Virus record (IMG/VR): IMGVR_UViG_3300042520_001624
Location: 7,485 to 71,484 of that record
Reading direction: 5' to 3' (one strand)
DNA length: 64,000 bases
Source of the DNA: a virus
The notes under the pieces were generated by a model that was given only the letters and a program-made list of their open reading frames with translations, did no database searches and was not told the origin of the DNA. Of this stretch, positions 28,282-38,556 are shown piece by piece; the stretch's first letter is position 1, and the number at the start of each line of letters is the position of its first letter. Position numbers and translations under genes: made by a program.

Positions 28282-29433
28282 ATGGACCTTCCGGCGTTCT
28301 TCGACATCTTTCGCATTGGCAAATCAGAAGCTCTGATTCGCAACGGGCTTTTGTCCGCGTCGGAGATTGATCGCAAAGGCTCGGACCTGAACATCTTGTT
28401 TGCTGCGGCTTCCGCCATGGCCGACGAGTGTGTCGGACAGCTAGCCAAGATCCGCGGGGACCTCTACGTAGGCACTGCTCGGGATGCAGCCCTCGACCGG
28501 TTGATCATTGACCGCTATCCGGACCTGATTCGGAAGCAGGCATCTCCGTCGTTTGGCTACGCTAACTTCAGTTTCTCTCCTGCAGTTACAGGAGCTTTCA
28601 CCGTCCCGGACGGGACCACGCTGTCCACTTCCGACAACGTACAGTTCATTACTGTCGGAGACTTTCCGGTAGCTGTAGGTGCGACCACCGCTCGGGTACC
28701 GATCCGTTCGGTACTGGCAGGCTTCTCTCAGAAAGCCTCCGCACTGAAGATCAACAACATCACGTCCACGATTACAGGTGCTCCTACCAGTGGCATGACT
28801 GTGACCAACACAGCAGCCACCTTCGGTGGAGAGGACCGGGAGAACGACTCGGACTATGCTCTTCGATACCGTCTTCGCTATCTTGCTGCTCGTCGGGCGA
28901 CACTGGGAGCCATCGAACAGGCCATCCTGTCCGTCCCCGGAGTCGTAAAGGCCAACGTCTTCGAGAACTTGGACACTCTGGGTCGGCCGATTGGCTACGT
29001 CCAAGCTGTAGTCGCTGATAGCTTTACAGAGCAGTTGATTACGTCTGCAACGATCCCGGGCGCTTACGCTACGCAACAGGCACTACTGACCAATCAGCTA
29101 GATCAGGTCTTGACGGAATGGCGAGCTGCCGGTGTCGGGGTTCAGGTCTCTGTTGCTGCTGTTACTCTTCAAGCCCTCAGAATAGAGCTTACTTTCTCTT
29201 CTGGTTCTAATGAAGAGACTGTAACGGCGAACGTTCGGACTGCTTTAATTCAGTACATCAACAATCTGGACCCCGGACAGATGCTTCGTCTCCAAGACAT
29301 TCGCAGCATCATTCAGCGTATTCCTGGTGTGTATTACACAGGCAACGAAGTCATTAGTCCTACAGGAGACATTCAACCGTTGCCTGGAGAGGTTTTGCGG
29401 ACTTCAACTACCTTCTGTAAAGTAGGTAGTTAA
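28282..29433 (+). CDS. Baseplate J-like protein
   Basis: TARDAALD, GGEDRENDSDYALR and AILSVPGV motifs. Confidence 0.85.
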   Translation: MDLPAFFDIFRIGKSEALIRNGLLSASEIDRKGSDLNILFAAASAMADECVGQLAKIRGDLYVGTARDAALDRLIIDRYPDLIRKQASPSFGYANFSFSPAVTGAFTVPDGTTLSTSDNVQFITVGDFPVAVGATTARVPIRSVLAGFSQKASALKINNITSTITGAPTSGMTVTNTAATFGGEDRENDSDYALRYRLRYLAARRATLGAIEQAILSVPGVVKANVFENLDTLGRPIGYVQAVVADSFTEQLITSATIPGAYATQQALLTNQLDQVLTEWRAAGVGVQVSVAAVTLQALRIELTFSSGSNEETVTANVRTALIQYINNLDPGQMLRLQDIRSIIQRIPGVYYTGNEVISPTGDIQPLPGEVLRTSTTFCKVGS

Positions 29434-30968
29434 TGGCTCCTGTTGTCGCTAACATCAGTCCTACCAGCCCGTCTACTATATTGGAGACGCAGGTATTGGG
29501 CTTTGACGTTACGGGAATACCGGCCCTGCAGCGTGTGTTTGTTTTTGTGGCTTTTCCGGGAATGGAACTGGAGGAGCTGGCATTCGATGGTACAAATTTT
29601 ACGGAGCCTTATGCGTCACTGTCTTCACGTAGTGCAATCACTGATGGCCACCGCTATCTTCTCCGGCGCGGACCGGTATGGCCTGATTCTCCTGCAGTCT
29701 CTGTTTACGCTGTAGACAACGCTGCGACAGAGCTAGACCAGTCTTGGCCGTACACGTTGGTCAACGCTCCTACGGACACGGGGTACGTCCCTGTCATCCC
29801 GATATTTCCTGTAGGACCAGTGGCACCTACAGCGGACTCCGGATTCTCCGAGTTCGACCAAGAGTACTTCCTGCGGCTGATGCCAAAGGTCTTGGACCCT
29901 GAGTTTGTCGCAAGTTTGAAAGCTGGGCAGGGCTACGAGCAGCTGGAAGCTTACGCGGCCATGTTCGCTCGGGTGTCTACCGCTAGCTACAACACGGCTA
30001 CAGGGCTGCTGGCAGCCTACGCAAGAGGTCCCGGGTACTCTGAAGGGGTCGTGGAGTTCTACCGGACATCTGGGGGCACTGCCGTCACGGTCAAGCGGGG
30101 GTCAGTTGTCTCTGCAAAGGGCGGCAGGTACTATCGGACTCTTGAAGATGCAGTCTTTACTTCTGCCGATCTTGGTCCGATCACTTCTCGTGTTCGGGCT
30201 ATTTTCCCTGACTGGCAGCATAACGCTTCGGGAACTACGGTCACTCCCGCGGGAGTTACTATCCCTGGCGAGGTCGATAAGATCCACGTTCTCGTGGAGG
30301 ATCCTCCTCTTGCGGATCTTTCGATCAAAGTAAGACAGATCACGAGTTTTACGGGGGGTGCAGCACCGATGCTGGACCTGATCGCTAAATCTCAGGACAT
30401 CTCCAGAGGAGCGGGAGAGACAGATGCGAGTCTGTCTTTTCGTATTCGGAACCTGCCAGACAACATTTCTCCCGCTTCTATGTGGAGAAACGTAGAGATT
30501 CTGTTGGATCCTTGGCGAGTTCGGTACGAGTACTGGGAGCCCTTCAATCAGGATTTCCAGACTGCGTATGATGTGCCGGATGGTCTAGCCGCGTCGAATG
30601 TCTTTACGTACGACGATCCGAGGCCGAGATACTTCCCTGCAAAGAACTGGTACGCGGACAAGACCGAGCAGTGGGGAACTTTCTACATTAACCTCGGGAA
30701 GATTCAGACCATTCGGGATTTCGGTGGTTGTTATGATGACACAGCTGCGGATACAGCGGACTGCATTGTTCCCATAACAGGGGGGCGTCGGGCTGTTGCG
30801 GCTTACGATCTTCCGGATTCGTCCACGTACGGGACAGGCGAAGACTTGGGTCTTTGCTATGATGGTAGGGATGTTGGGATTGATGGTCTGACGACTTCGA
30901 TCTCTGGGATGATGCAATCTAACCGCGCTGCCGGAATCGTGGCAGGTCTACAACAAGAGGGCTGGTAA
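29433..30968 (+). CDS. Baseplate wedge protein
   Basis: Follows J; LDLIA...RGAGETDASLSFRI motif. Confidence 0.6.
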   Translation: MAPVVANISPTSPSTILETQVLGFDVTGIPALQRVFVFVAFPGMELEELAFDGTNFTEPYASLSSRSAITDGHRYLLRRGPVWPDSPAVSVYAVDNAATELDQSWPYTLVNAPTDTGYVPVIPIFPVGPVAPTADSGFSEFDQEYFLRLMPKVLDPEFVASLKAGQGYEQLEAYAAMFARVSTASYNTATGLLAAYARGPGYSEGVVEFYRTSGGTAVTVKRGSVVSAKGGRYYRTLEDAVFTSADLGPITSRVRAIFPDWQHNASGTTVTPAGVTIPGEVDKIHVLVEDPPLADLSIKVRQITSFTGGAAPMLDLIAKSQDISRGAGETDASLSFRIRNLPDNISPASMWRNVEILLDPWRVRYEYWEPFNQDFQTAYDVPDGLAASNVFTYDDPRPRYFPAKNWYADKTEQWGTFYINLGKIQTIRDFGGCYDDTAADTADCIVPITGGRRAVAAYDLPDSSTYGTGEDLGLCYDGRDVGIDGLTTSISGMMQSNRAAGIVAGLQQEGW

Positions 30969-30970
30969 GA

Positions 30971-32218
30971 ATGTCTTACGGTAGTTTCCAGAAGCGTGTG
31001 CTGATCCCTGTGCGGCAGCGTCCAAGCTCGGAGGACCTCAATGCCCTTCAGTGGGAACGTGCTGCTAGCGAGCTGATTGCTGCGGGCACTGCGTACGGCC
31101 AAAATGTATTTTCGTCTCCAGGAAGTTGCGTTCCGTCAGCCATGCTGGGCGCCAGAGGTTTTTCTGGCGGGGGCTTTTACGTAGCTGTGGACTCTACTGC
31201 ACCTCCATTTGGTGTAACTGTGCAAGCGGGGGTTGGGTACAACTACGTGGGTCCGGCTTCTGCAACAGACATTGACTCTAACCAAGGCGCAGACTGGGTT
31301 CTTAACAACAGCTGGGCGGTTCCGTTGGTATTGTCCGCGGATCAGGACTTTATTGTTCCGGCGCCCCCGGCAGTGGGGTCCAGCCGGATCGACATTATCG
31401 AAGTGCGTGCAGATTACCTTGCAGCAGATCCCCAAACTGTAGGCATTTTTGATCCGGGCAGCTCCGCGTTCAACCCTACTGTGTCTAACAAGTCTTTGTC
31501 TTGGGATCTGGCGGGACGCACAGGTAGCGTAAACGCTCCTAGTGTTTCTACGGCGTGCATTAGCTACGTCAAGGGACAGTCTGCTGTTGGGGCCATTACA
31601 GCCGCTACTGTGCCCTCTACCACCTCTGGCTACATTAAGATTGCGCAGATCAATTTGGATGCTTCGGGAGGCGCAATTGCTGCGGTCACCGAAGCCATGA
31701 TTGCGGATTACCGACCGCTGCTATTTCCCCAGTCAACACTCTGCGTTGGTGGGCGTTTTACAGCTGCCGGAGTTTTGGGCGGGCTGGGCTCGATTAATTT
31801 CGGTTCAGTAGAAGTGCCCCCCGGAGTGCACGTAGTCGGTCTTGTACAGACAGGCGCTGCCGCACCTTCGGTGGGGTCTGCCTACCCAGTCTACGTTTAC
31901 ATTTTTGGCGGAGACCTGAGACCGCGTTCTGCCGGTCTGACTCCCGGATTTCCCGAATACAGAGGTGCGGTAAGCACTTCTCCCTCTGGCAATAGGTATG
32001 TAGCTGCTGGCAGTGTATACGGGATTTTGGACGCCACAGAAGTGTCTAGATTAAGCGGGGGTGCTGTGGGCTGGTCTACGTACGGCAGCAGCGTGTCCGG
32101 AAACTACGCTTATGGACAGCCATATTGGAGACTCACATTTCAATTGGGGAGTCCGACAGCTGCTGCTTTGAACAACACAGAGAGTTTTTACTTTAACGCA
32201 ATGCTGAACCTGGGGTGA
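30971..32218 (+). CDS. Tail fibre / baseplate-attachment protein
   Basis: SRIDII...YVKG...IKIAQI...IADYRP motifs typical of fibre N-termini. Confidence 0.6.
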   Translation: MSYGSFQKRVLIPVRQRPSSEDLNALQWERAASELIAAGTAYGQNVFSSPGSCVPSAMLGARGFSGGGFYVAVDSTAPPFGVTVQAGVGYNYVGPASATDIDSNQGADWVLNNSWAVPLVLSADQDFIVPAPPAVGSSRIDIIEVRADYLAADPQTVGIFDPGSSAFNPTVSNKSLSWDLAGRTGSVNAPSVSTACISYVKGQSAVGAITAATVPSTTSGYIKIAQINLDASGGAIAAVTEAMIADYRPLLFPQSTLCVGGRFTAAGVLGGLGSINFGSVEVPPGVHVVGLVQTGAAAPSVGSAYPVYVYIFGGDLRPRSAGLTPGFPEYRGAVSTSPSGNRYVAAGSVYGILDATEVSRLSGGAVGWSTYGSSVSGNYAYGQPYWRLTFQLGSPTAAALNNTESFYFNAMLNLG

Positions 32219-32221
32219 TAC

Positions 32222-33754
32222 GTGGCTCAAGCACTCATCACGATAAACGCCGTTACAGGGTCTAACCCGCCCAACGGCACTGCTTTGGTCATCGACACCG
32301 TTGTTTCTTTGTCGAACATCAACAACGGTGGGGAGGTCTCGTACCTTTGGGAGTTTCTGGACCGTCCGGAGGGCTCTACCGCCGCGTTCTCGTCTTCGAC
32401 AGTTCAGAGCCCTACGTTCACTCCTGACTGCGAGGGAACCTATCTCATTCGCTTGACGGTGAACGCAGCCTTGTCTACAGAGTCTATAAACACGGTCATT
32501 GCGGCTATCGCCCAGATGAAATCCGGGATTCGCATTCCGGCTGCAGGAGAGACCACGGAGGAGGACACTGCTCGGGGCTGGGCAGAAGACGTAAACCGCG
32601 GGATGCAGATGCTGGACAGCCTGCGTGCGGACCCTGGATACGTAACTGGGTTTGCGGGTGTTGCTCTGGCCAGAGGACAGATTGTCTACATCTCTGGAAT
32701 GACTCTCATCAAAGCCGGTCTTCCAGACGAGGAGTACATCCCGACGTTCAACAAGGCACTGGCCAACAATGCCAGCCGAATGCTTTTGCCTCTGTACATT
32801 GTCCAGAACCTGATTGATGGCGGCACTTCTGTGTTGGCCAACAAGATCTTCTACGCACGAGACAAGGGCATTTGTGGTCCTGTCACTACGCTCGGCGCTG
32901 CTGCAGGTACCCCTGTCTACGTCTCGGACACTGGTACGCTGTCGCTAACTCCCGGAACTAATCCGCGTCGTGTAGGCACCATCGCGTACACGGATGGGTC
33001 TACGTTCGACTGGATCTACTTTGACGGTGGGATGGTTCACGGCGAGAGCGACCTATACCTTGAAGACGGCGCTCGGATTATCCAGCGAGACGGAGATCTT
33101 GTTCTGGACAACCAGGGCTCTGGAGACGTGGTTGCTCTGGGCTCCGGAGATTTTCAGGTTACAGTATCCGGAGATGCCACGCTCAGTGCGGGCACAGACG
33201 CTGTAATCCAGTCTGCTTTGGCGGATCTTACGCTGTCTGCAGCGGGAGCGGTGACGTTTGGTCCAACTGCACGGGTTGTTAGCGGTGTTAACACGCCAGT
33301 TGCGGGGACTGACGCAACCAACAAAACCTATGTAGACGGGCTGATTGCAGCTGTCCCGCAGCCTGTAAACGGCTACTTCTTCTTCGGGAACATAGCGACA
33401 ATCAGCGCTTCTACAGAGTGCGTTTTGGATCCGGGCTTTGGCAACCGGACAGCTGTTGCAGCTGCCAGTAGCCATCCCCTGCTCCCGATTTCTAAGTCCG
33501 GAGTACTTCGGGACTTGGAAGTCCGGTCTGTAACAGGTCCCGTTGGAGCCAGTCTGGACTACACCGTTTGGAAAAACGGTCTTGTAACCACGATTACCTG
33601 CACGCAGGCTATCGCAGGTCTGACGGCTTCGGACCACTCTAACAGTGTCTCTGTTGCTGCGGGAGACTACATCGAACTCCGTGTAAAGAGCGGGGGAGTG
33701 ATTGTCAGCGGCGCGGTAGACGTTGCTGCTATGCTAAGACTTGCACCCTCGTGA
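32222..33754 (+). CDS. Tail fibre-related protein with PKD/Ig-like N-terminus
   Basis: SYLWEF...PTFTPD.EGTYLIRLTV; TDATNKTYVD fibre motif. Confidence 0.6.
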   Translation: MAQALITINAVTGSNPPNGTALVIDTVVSLSNINNGGEVSYLWEFLDRPEGSTAAFSSSTVQSPTFTPDCEGTYLIRLTVNAALSTESINTVIAAIAQMKSGIRIPAAGETTEEDTARGWAEDVNRGMQMLDSLRADPGYVTGFAGVALARGQIVYISGMTLIKAGLPDEEYIPTFNKALANNASRMLLPLYIVQNLIDGGTSVLANKIFYARDKGICGPVTTLGAAAGTPVYVSDTGTLSLTPGTNPRRVGTIAYTDGSTFDWIYFDGGMVHGESDLYLEDGARIIQRDGDLVLDNQGSGDVVALGSGDFQVTVSGDATLSAGTDAVIQSALADLTLSAAGAVTFGPTARVVSGVNTPVAGTDATNKTYVDGLIAAVPQPVNGYFFFGNIATISASTECVLDPGFGNRTAVAAASSHPLLPISKSGVLRDLEVRSVTGPVGASLDYTVWKNGLVTTITCTQAIAGLTASDHSNSVSVAAGDYIELRVKSGGVIVSGAVDVAAMLRLAPS

Positions 33755-33762
33755 GGAGTTAG

Positions 33763-34047
33763 ATGGACGCACTAACAACAGTTTCAGTAACGCTGACTAC
33801 ATATCCTACGAATCCGCAGGTTACACAGACCTGGGAACCGGACTCGATTATGTTTGTGGTTGCCAGTACGACTGCAGCAGACCTCATCTATGTGTCGTTC
33901 AACGGGACTTCTGATGCGGGAGTGCTGCGACCCGGAGTTACAGGTGCGGTTGCTTGGCAGTCTAAGCGCACGAACATCTGGCTCCGTCTAGGTCCTGCGG
34001 CCACCAACCCTACGTCTGTAGACGTGATGACAAGCACGGTGCGCTGA
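33763..34047 (+). CDS. Small structural protein
   Basis: 94 aa with GAGGAG RBS. Confidence 0.55.
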   Translation: MDALTTVSVTLTTYPTNPQVTQTWEPDSIMFVVASTTAADLIYVSFNGTSDAGVLRPGVTGAVAWQSKRTNIWLRLGPAATNPTSVDVMTSTVR

Positions 34048-34874
34048 TGCCTGTTCCTGCTCCAATCCCCGGCCCTGCAGGGTCTGCAGGTTCTCCGGGA
34101 GCAACTGGTCCCGCAGGCCCTGCTCCGTCTGGTACAGGGCTTGTTTCTGTAACTGGCGGTGTGCTGGACACTCCTACTACGCTAGTCGCAAGAGTAACGG
34201 CCGACGCTGCTGCAATTCGTAGTGCCATCGGCGCTGCTGAGGGCACCACCGCCGTCGACCCGCTCACGGGCACGGGGTGGACGACCACGCCCGAGAGCGG
34301 TGTCACGGTCACGTGGTCGGGCACGGCGCTCACGCTCGCCGCGGCGGCTGGCGTCACCAGCCTCGGCTTCGTGACGCGCGATGCGACGCCCCTCGGTGCG
34401 TCGTCGACCTCGTGGGAAATCGCCGTGCGCCTGCGGGTGACCGCGGGCGATGGCCTCGGTGCGCCGCGCGGATTTTTCCTCATGGGCTTTTATTTCAACG
34501 CCAGCAACTACTCGCTGTCGACGCTGCGTTCCGACCGTTTTGTGGGCATGTTCACGAACGCCTCGGGCGGGTTCACCAACGTGGGCGAGACCACGGGGCC
34601 GTCAAGCGGCGACCTCACGGGCGGGCAGTTCTGGCTGCGGCACTCGCGCACGCAGCAGGGGCTTTTCATCTCGTGGTGGGGTGTCGGCACGGGTGGCGCG
34701 CTCCCGACCGTGTGGCGCCAACTCTACACGGTCAGCAACGTGTCTCTGATGACGGCGCTCCCGACGACGACGACGATCTACGTCGGCTCCGGTGCCTACG
34801 GCGAGGGCGCAATCGCGAGTCCGTGGACCGTCGAGGTCCTCGCGATCCGCATGACCTCGATGGGGTCGCTGTGA
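34047..34874 (+). CDS. Fibre / receptor-binding protein with short collagen-like N-terminus
   Basis: GPAGSAGSPGATGPAGPA repeat; beta-rich C-terminal domain encoded by GC-rich DNA. Confidence 0.6.
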   Translation: MPVPAPIPGPAGSAGSPGATGPAGPAPSGTGLVSVTGGVLDTPTTLVARVTADAAAIRSAIGAAEGTTAVDPLTGTGWTTTPESGVTVTWSGTALTLAAAAGVTSLGFVTRDATPLGASSTSWEIAVRLRVTAGDGLGAPRGFFLMGFYFNASNYSLSTLRSDRFVGMFTNASGGFTNVGETTGPSSGDLTGGQFWLRHSRTQQGLFISWWGVGTGGALPTVWRQLYTVSNVSLMTALPTTTTIYVGSGAYGEGAIASPWTVEVLAIRMTSMGSL

Positions 34875-34902
34875 GCGCTCCGATAACCAGATGGACACTG
34901 AT

Positions 34903-34986
34903 ATGAACACACGCGAAGTACTTACTCTGGTCTTGCAGGCCACCAACCCCACGTCTGTAGACGTAATGGCGAGCACGGTGCACTGA
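34903..34986 (+). pseudogene. Chimeric recombination relic (holin 5' end fused to the 3' end of the 33763 gene)
   Basis: MNTREVLTLVLQAT-NPTSVDVMASTVH; DNA similar to 36839-36880 and to 33999-34060. Confidence 0.7.
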
Positions 34987-35402
34987 TGCCTATTCCTGCA
35001 ATGATATCTAACCCGCTAGGCGGGGGAACAGTCATCTCGCCCCGGATTGAGTGTCTGGCGGGGCTTGTTTCAACTACCACCAGCGTTGGGCACGATGTCG
35101 TTGGTTACGCGCGGATAGACCCGGCTACGTACGCTCGCAGCGGGGAGACTACTGTCCTTACGCTGGAGGCTTTTGGTCGTGTCGTAAGTGGTGTTACGGG
35201 CACTCTAGTTCTCTACAATCTGGACACAGCAGCAACTGTTGCCACACTTGCATGGACGGAGACCGCCGTTACACGCAAGACCGCCTCTGTGGCCGTTCCT
35301 GTTAGTGCTAGTCGCTATGAACTACGAGTGTCTAAGAGCGGCGGAGCCGTGTCGGACTTTGCCGTTGTAGGCGGCGCAACTGTTTTGATTACCTGGAGCT
35401 GA
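34986..35402 (+). CDS. Putative fibre-associated protein
   Basis: 138 aa beta-rich; its start is paralogous to the start of the 34047 gene. Confidence 0.55.
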   Translation: MPIPAMISNPLGGGTVISPRIECLAGLVSTTTSVGHDVVGYARIDPATYARSGETTVLTLEAFGRVVSGVTGTLVLYNLDTAATVATLAWTETAVTRKTASVAVPVSASRYELRVSKSGGAVSDFAVVGGATVLITWS

Positions 35403-35404
35403 CA

Positions 35405-36364
35405 ATGGCGACCCTCACCAACGTTTCTTCCCCTGCAAACGGCACCGCCGCGGTCTTCTCGCTCCTTACACAGCTCTGCGCCGCGGGCTGGATCGTGAAG
35501 CGCTGGAGCGATGCGACCTCGCTGTCATTGGACAACGTCAACCTTACCAGCAACCCCTACGGCGGCAGCGGCAGCGGCGCTGGCAACCTCGGGAACACCT
35601 CGGCGTGGTTCCGCGTGGCAGCGTCGGGCGGCTCGCGCGAGTGGCTCTTTCAGCGCGGCTCGGGCGATGCGACGTGGACCATCTCGCGCTCCAAGGCGGG
35701 CTTCACTGGCGGCTCCCCGAACGCGACGACGGCGAGCACCGCAACCGACGCGACGCCGCTGTTCAGCGCAGCGACTGCGTTCAGCGCGACGCCCGGCCGG
35801 TGGTTCATCTCCGGCGACGACGCGGACGGCTTCGGCTGGACGGCCTACGCGATCCCGGTGGGTGGCGGCAACGTGCTGACCTTCTTGTCGGATGAGCCGC
35901 TGCTCACGGGCACCTTCGCGGCCGAGGACACCGACCCCTATCTGTGGCTTGGATACTACAATGTGACGGGGCTCGCGGCGACGGGGACGTTCATCGTGAC
36001 CTCGAACAGCGCGCTGCTGCTCGGGTACAAGCGATACACCACGGCGGGATCAAACCAACGCATCACATACGGGACGATCCACATGGCCGCGAACGCGGAG
36101 GCCATCGCGCCCGCGGTCAACACGAGCACGCAGCAGATGGGGCAGACGCCCGTCGGCGGGTTGGAGGTGCCCTGGCAGATCCCCGTGTTCCGCAACGCCG
36201 CCGCGAGCACGTCGTCGGGATGGGTGGGCGTCCCGAGTCGCCACCGCTGGTGCACCGTCGGGGGGCGTGCCAACGGCGACAAGCTCGTCTCGGGCTCTGA
36301 CAACTGGTTGTATGCTGCTGGTTTGTGGGTCAAGTGGGACTCGTCGACTCCGACGCTGAGCTGA
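35405..36364 (+). CDS. Putative virion / receptor-binding protein
   Basis: 319 aa, G/S/T/W-rich, with distinct GC-rich codon usage. Confidence 0.55.
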   Translation: MATLTNVSSPANGTAAVFSLLTQLCAAGWIVKRWSDATSLSLDNVNLTSNPYGGSGSGAGNLGNTSAWFRVAASGGSREWLFQRGSGDATWTISRSKAGFTGGSPNATTASTATDATPLFSAATAFSATPGRWFISGDDADGFGWTAYAIPVGGGNVLTFLSDEPLLTGTFAAEDTDPYLWLGYYNVTGLAATGTFIVTSNSALLLGYKRYTTAGSNQRITYGTIHMAANAEAIAPAVNTSTQQMGQTPVGGLEVPWQIPVFRNAAASTSSGWVGVPSRHRWCTVGGRANGDKLVSGSDNWLYAAGLWVKWDSSTPTLS

Positions 36365-36370
36365 GGAATC

Positions 36371-36574
36371 ATGGCTACATTCAACGCTTTCGTAATCCCA
36401 GCGCCTACTACCTCCTTTGCGGCACGTTGCGGCACTGTACGCGGAGCTCTGCCCGTGCTGCAAGGGGGCATAACTACCTACAATTACTTCACTTCTGCGG
36501 GTGTGTTTGGCAACACCACCGATCCGAGTGCAGTACCTTCTACTGCGGGCATCGTGCGTGTGGTAACGACATAA
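36371..36574 (+). CDS. Small hypothetical protein
   Basis: 67 aa with GAGG RBS. Confidence 0.5.
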   Translation: MATFNAFVIPAPTTSFAARCGTVRGALPVLQGGITTYNYFTSAGVFGNTTDPSAVPSTAGIVRVVTT

Positions 36575-36618
36575 GTAAAACGTAAGCTGTGGGATGGTGC
36601 GGCGTGGAGGAGACGGAC

Positions 36619-36819
36619 ATGAATGCGGGGCACAAATGGGGGTTTTTGCCAGTGGAAACACTGGTATTTACGGCGTTTGGCCAATTCGCACACATTGTTG
36701 CGGAGATACCCCCGTGGGTAGGTGGTGGCGTTAGTGCCCTACTAGTCGGGCTGCTACTACGTTTTCTGGACCCAAGTCTAAAGGTTTGGGGAGAGCGTTT
36801 TCGGGACCGGAAGAAGTAA
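36619..36819 (+). CDS. Small membrane protein (lysis module)
   Basis: GGAGGAG RBS; hydrophobic helix followed by a basic tail. Confidence 0.5.
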   Translation: MNAGHKWGFLPVETLVFTAFGQFAHIVAEIPPWVGGGVSALLVGLLLRFLDPSLKVWGERFRDRKK

Positions 36820-36838
36820 AGTCTGGTAGGCTTTTCGT

Positions 36839-37231
36839 ATGAGCACACGAGAAGTACTTACTTTGGTTCTACAGGCCACTACGCCGCTACTGCTGGCGGT
36901 GTTTGGTCTGTTTCTGGCTTGGCTACAGCGGAAGGTTTCGGCTGCGACCAAGAACCAGCAACTGCTAAGTGCAGTAGACCTTCTTGCGCACGGAGCACAG
37001 GGTGTTGTTGCGGAGCTGGCCCAGTCGGTAGTAAAGGATCTCAAGGATCCTAACAAGCCTGGAAGCTGGGACAAGGTTACTCAGGAGTCTGTAAAGGCCA
37101 CAGCTATCCGGCGTTTGCAGGAGCTTTACCCGCACGCCATTGCAGAACTGCAACAGTCTAACCCGGACAAGGTTTCTGCAATGGTAGGTACCTTTGTAGA
37201 GGCTGCAGTCCTAAAGTACAAGAAGCCGTGA
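36839..37231 (+). CDS. Putative holin
   Basis: Single N-terminal TM segment and C-terminal VEAAV motif, resembling LL-H-type holins. Confidence 0.6.
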   Translation: MSTREVLTLVLQATTPLLLAVFGLFLAWLQRKVSAATKNQQLLSAVDLLAHGAQGVVAELAQSVVKDLKDPNKPGSWDKVTQESVKATAIRRLQELYPHAIAELQQSNPDKVSAMVGTFVEAAVLKYKKP

Positions 37232-37527
37232 AACCCAAGAAGCACAAGGTTCCTGTAGACACGTTCGACCAGATTATCCCGGACGGGGCTGGGTACGTGT
37301 CTACGACCAATGATGCTACCGGGAAAATCACTATTCCCGAACACGCACAGCTGCTTTGGAACCTGTCTTCTGGTCCGTTCTGGTCTTGGAACCAAGAGAC
37401 CCATTTCCGAGACGACAGCTGTCCTATCTGCAAGACTGCCAAGCACTGTACGCAGAACGTGACTGTATGGAGTCGCAGTCGTACAGTGCTTGTAGTACAC
37501 GACTACAAACCCGTCCGCCCGTGCTGA
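37228..37527 (+). CDS. Hypothetical protein
   Basis: 99 aa, GTGA overlap, one CxxC. Confidence 0.45.
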   Translation: MKPKKHKVPVDTFDQIIPDGAGYVSTTNDATGKITIPEHAQLLWNLSSGPFWSWNQETHFRDDSCPICKTAKHCTQNVTVWSRSRTVLVVHDYKPVRPC

Positions 37528-37617
37528 GGTATATGAATCGACAACTGAAGTATTCTCTTTCTGGAGTCTGGCTGCTGCTTGCTCTTGTTTTGTTTGCAGT
37601 AGCTTGTCCGAGAGTAC

Positions 37618-38238
37618 TTAACTAGTCTGTAACGCCTGTTCCGGGGATGCACCTCGTTTAAGACGCTTGCATATAGTGCTGAGGCACAAAGACCGCTCTT
37701 CTGCCCACTCAGAGAGGCGCTGGGTTTTGCCGAAAGCCGTCAGGGGTACAACGTTTTTTCTATTTTGGGACTGCTGACGGACAGTTGCCCACCGACAGTT
37801 CGAGGGCTCGTAATTTTTTGCAGAGTCTATACGGTCTAGAGTATGGGCTTGTGAAGGCGCCGGACCCATGTCGTTGTAGAAGTTTAAAAAGTCGTTCCAA
37901 CGGTCGCAAACCTCTACGCCTAGTCCACCATATCTTGCGTAGTTTGCAGCTTTGGGGTTGCGACATCGCGTACGCATGGACAGCCAGATGCTGTACTCTC
38001 GACAACTTTTACGTTGCGTGCCGGAAAAGCCGTGACGCAGTTTTGACACTCGGCACAGAGAAGCTTTCAAGCAACCACACGAAGAAGTTTTTCCGAGAAA
38101 AACATGGCTGGCATTGTAGCTTCTTACTCGACCGCACACACAGCGGGCGTAGACTCTGTGTAGGCTGTAGGTGGTAACGTCGGAAACTACAAGCAGGGAA
38201 CCGTGTACGCTTCCTGCTAGCACTCGTTTGGTTCGCAT
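37618..38238 (-). mobile_element. Free-standing HNH homing endonuclease
   Basis: CVCG...SSCGC, YSIWLSMRTRC, YGGLGVEVCDRW and TLDRID...NYEPSNCRWAT motifs; antisense insertion in the lysis module. Confidence 0.85.
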
Positions 38239-38277
38239 CTGAGAACTCTGACACACCTTTAGCAAGGAGCAACTGGA

Positions 38278-38556
38278 ATGCGTTTGGTCACGTTTTTGTG
38301 CCTGTGTTTGCTGGCCTGTCCGCAATGGAACCGCCCGAAGTGTCCGCGTGTCGGGGTACACTCGTGCCTGAACAACCAGCCGCACTTCTGTTCTCCGACA
38401 GGGGAGCTGACTCCTTCTGGAGACGAGCCTTGTAGTTTGCAGAGCCCCGCACGTGTCTGTCAGGTAGACCCGTCCGACGGGCGTGCGTACTGTGCCCCTA
38501 TTCTAGATGCAGGAGAGGTGTCTGATGCCGCCCAAGAAGCTAGCCTTGACCAGTGA
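38278..38556 (+). CDS. Cys-rich lipoprotein (possible spanin/lysis accessory)
   Basis: Signal peptide ending in lipobox LLAC; six further cysteines. Confidence 0.5.
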   Translation: MRLVTFLCLCLLACPQWNRPKCPRVGVHSCLNNQPHFCSPTGELTPSGDEPCSLQSPARVCQVDPSDGRAYCAPILDAGEVSDAAQEASLDQ

